This document shows, one piece after another, positions 26,150-28,110 of a stretch of 28,110 nucleotides of DNA. The number at the start of each line of letters is the position of its first letter. Within the stretch, counting starts at the first letter, position 1. The position numbers and the translations under genes are program-made. Source of the DNA: Bacteriovoracia bacterium (GTDB taxonomy: Bacteria; Bdellovibrionota; Bacteriovoracia; Bacteriovoracales; Bacteriovoracaceae); contig JBKHVI010000039.1 of the NCBI GenBank assembly GCA_046570105.1, positions 1 through 28,110 of the forward strand, read 5' to 3'. The notes under the pieces were generated by a model. That model was not told where the DNA came from, made no database searches, and saw only the letters and a list, made by a program, of their open reading frames with translations.

Positions 26150-28110
26150 AATAAGCAGTCGCAACCGGCACTACCTTTAGTGAGGCAGCCTGCTCCAGCT
26201 GCCGGCAAGCGATCTTTTTCCAGAATCAAAGGCTTAAGTTTCTCAAAACTCTCTTTCATAAAATCTTTGTCGCTTCCGCTTCCCTTAATCTCTGCCTGAG
26301 TGACTTTTCGACCTAAGACATTTTCTACTTCGCCAATAAAATGCTTTTTGCGATTCACCGGATCGCGAGGCCCCACTCCATCAACTGGATTTTCCGCATA
26401 ATCGTGAAAATAGACGACTTCATCAGAAAAGATAATCAAGGGCGTGAGTCGCTCTTTCTGATAGAGATATTTGTCCGGAGCAAGTGCATTGAGCGCAAAA
26501 CGACGAGGCTCTAAATGAAAAGCACCAATCTGACGAGGACCAAACTTAGTGGCCACATCGTAAGCAGCCGTTGAAATAAACGGTGAGCCCTTCGCTTCAA
26601 TAGCGTGGTTGGCCATTAAAACTGAAATGGAACCTGGATTTTTTCCACCCGCTAAATTGTAATGTGAGAAGCTGTCACGAAGTGCTTGTGACCCAAATTT
26701 CTCCCGCATGGTGGCTAGTGAACGCAAGCGTCGGGTGTAGCTGCCTTGATTGCGCGTAAGAACGGTCGACATGAGATAAGGTTTTCCATCCTTAGCACGC
26801 AAAACCGTGTCATCGTACATCCCACGAAAAACCAGATCGACATTCTTTTTATTCGGCTTCTCCATGGCATCAAGCCACTCGGTCCACACCTTAGTCTCAG
26901 AAGGTTCCATCAATGACCAAGGAAGATAGGCCTCAATCAATTTACGAACACCTTTACGATCACCTTTGGCGATAAGGTCATTAAGCTTATCGCGCTGTCC
27001 TTCTAGCTTACCAAAGACTTTTTTTGCACGCTCCCAACTGGCTTCTCGTTTTTTTCTGTCCAAGCGGGCCTCTTTCGCCACGCTCTTATAGAGTTCCTCT
27101 GCGTGTCCTTCTCGCGAAACTAAATACTCATCTAGTAATTTGGCGTCAGCTGTAAAAAGTCCATTTTTTCGATAATGGCGAATAGCATCTTCTGAGGTAC
27201 GTGCCGCTTCCAGTTCTAAGCGAGCGAGCTTTTCAGCTGCTTGCAAACTACCTGCTTGAGCGTTGGCGACCACTTCGGCCCAATGGAAAGGATGCACGAA
27301 AGATTTGAGCTGCGTGTTCTTCTTCCAGGGCACAGGAGCCCCCGTAATTTGTTGTAAGTGAACAAGCTCTTCGAGAACCACTGCAGGGTTTTTAAGGCCT
27401 TCTTTGGTAATTCTTAGATGAATTGTGAGGTTATCCGCTTTGCCATTAATTTCGGGAACGATTTGCGCCAAGACACCGTTAGGAAGTTCGTCCACCGTTG
27501 TTGTGATAATTTCCCAAGGTTTATTGGGACCTGAGAATTTATTAAGCTCAGTGATTTCTTTTTTAAGGACTTGTGCCGGCTTTCCGTCACCTTGCAACTC
27601 TTCTAAGAATTTCGTCGTTTCTTCATCGGCAGGAAAATAAGTCAAAGCCGACTTCAAACTGCCAGTACGAGGCTCTGCCACTTCAACAAATTTTAAATTA
27701 CCTGAAGTCGTTTCAGTGGAGGCAAGGCCACCAAACTTCAGCGCCCCTTCCTGATAATATGTGCGAAATAAACCATCTTCTGAAATTTCTGGAACACGCA
27801 TCCATTCGTTACCAACGACTCCTGTAAATGCGACAGCATTTATTGATTTAACAAGAGATGGATCTAGCTTATTGGCCGCTTCAAGAACCTTAACTATTTC
27901 TAATAGTTCTTTCTGGTTCTTAGTGGCAAACTTGATTTTAGGAATATCAGCAGGAGTCCAACGTCCCTCTAAAAAACTGCGTTCAAGATAAATTTTTGGC
28001 TTGAGACCTTTTTCTTCCAATAGCTCTTCTATTAACCAAACTTTTTCATCAATCGAGTTTAATGCATTATCTAAGCGACCAGTAGAAAAACCGGGCGTGA
28101 CCTTAATGAG
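26122..28110 (-). CDS. Large hypothetical protein (5' end outside the window) with a C-terminal ADP-ribosyltransferase-like domain
   Basis: Frame stays open upstream of TTG 28020 to the window end. VFRG, H....SPFIST and QKE motifs. Confidence 0.75.
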   Translation of the reverse strand, partial: LIKVTPGFSTGRLDNALNSIDEKVWLIEELLEEKGLKPKIYLERSFLEGRWTPADIPKIKFATKNQKELLEIVKVLEAANKLDPSLVKSINAVAFTGVVGNEWMRVPEISEDGLFRTYYQEGALKFGGLASTETTSGNLKFVEVAEPRTGSLKSALTYFPADEETTKFLEELQGDGKPAQVLKKEITELNKFSGPNKPWEIITTTVDELPNGVLAQIVPEINGKADNLTIHLRITKEGLKNPAVVLEELVHLQQITGAPVPWKKNTQLKSFVHPFHWAEVVANAQAGSLQAAEKLARLELEAARTSEDAIRHYRKNGLFTADAKLLDEYLVSREGHAEELYKSVAKEARLDRKKREASWERAKKVFGKLEGQRDKLNDLIAKGDRKGVRKLIEAYLPWSLMEPSETKVWTEWLDAMEKPNKKNVDLVFRGMYDDTVLRAKDGKPYLMSTVLTRNQGSYTRRLRSLATMREKFGSQALRDSFSHYNLAGGKNPGSISVLMANHAIEAKGSPFISTAAYDVATKFGPRQIGAFHLEPRRFALNALAPDKYLYQKERLTPLIIFSDEVVYFHDYAENPVDGVGPRDPVNRKKHFIGEVENVLGRKVTQAEIKGSGSDKDFMKESFEKLKPLILEKDRLPAAGAGCLTKGSAGCDCLFQALDSLLK

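Overview
Compact bacterial chromosomal window. Gene content suggests Bdellovibrionota (Bacteriovorax-like); this is inference only. The left part (1-11.1 kb) is mostly housekeeping: tatC, a NifU/BFD-like protein, map, a 2-hydroxyacid dehydrogenase, an arginase/agmatinase, aat and a desaturase. It also holds an unusual cluster of a lipoprotein plus NuoB-, NuoCD- and NuoI-like genes that have lost most Fe-S and quinone-binding residues. A tRNA-Leu(TAA) at 11121-11212 is the integration site of a ~8.9 kb element (11192-20116) bounded by a 26-bp direct repeat. The element carries a tyrosine integrase, an excisionase, two small ORFs absent from the track, a ~130-nt rod-like hairpin, and an operator array in front of an XRE/TIGR02147-like regulator. 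Its cargo is a 1135-aa Type IIG-like restriction-modification fusion with an extra antitoxin-like (DarG-C/Panacea-like) C-terminal domain, and an AbiE type IV toxin-antitoxin pair. No replication, capsid or transfer genes are recognisable in the element. The right part has a GAF-PAS histidine kinase, a receiver protein, a group I truncated globin, an RRM protein, a second desaturase and a CHASE-type kinase. It ends in a 5'-truncated protein whose C-terminus shows R-S-E ADP-ribosyltransferase motifs. All family calls come from motif recognition by eye; no searches were run.
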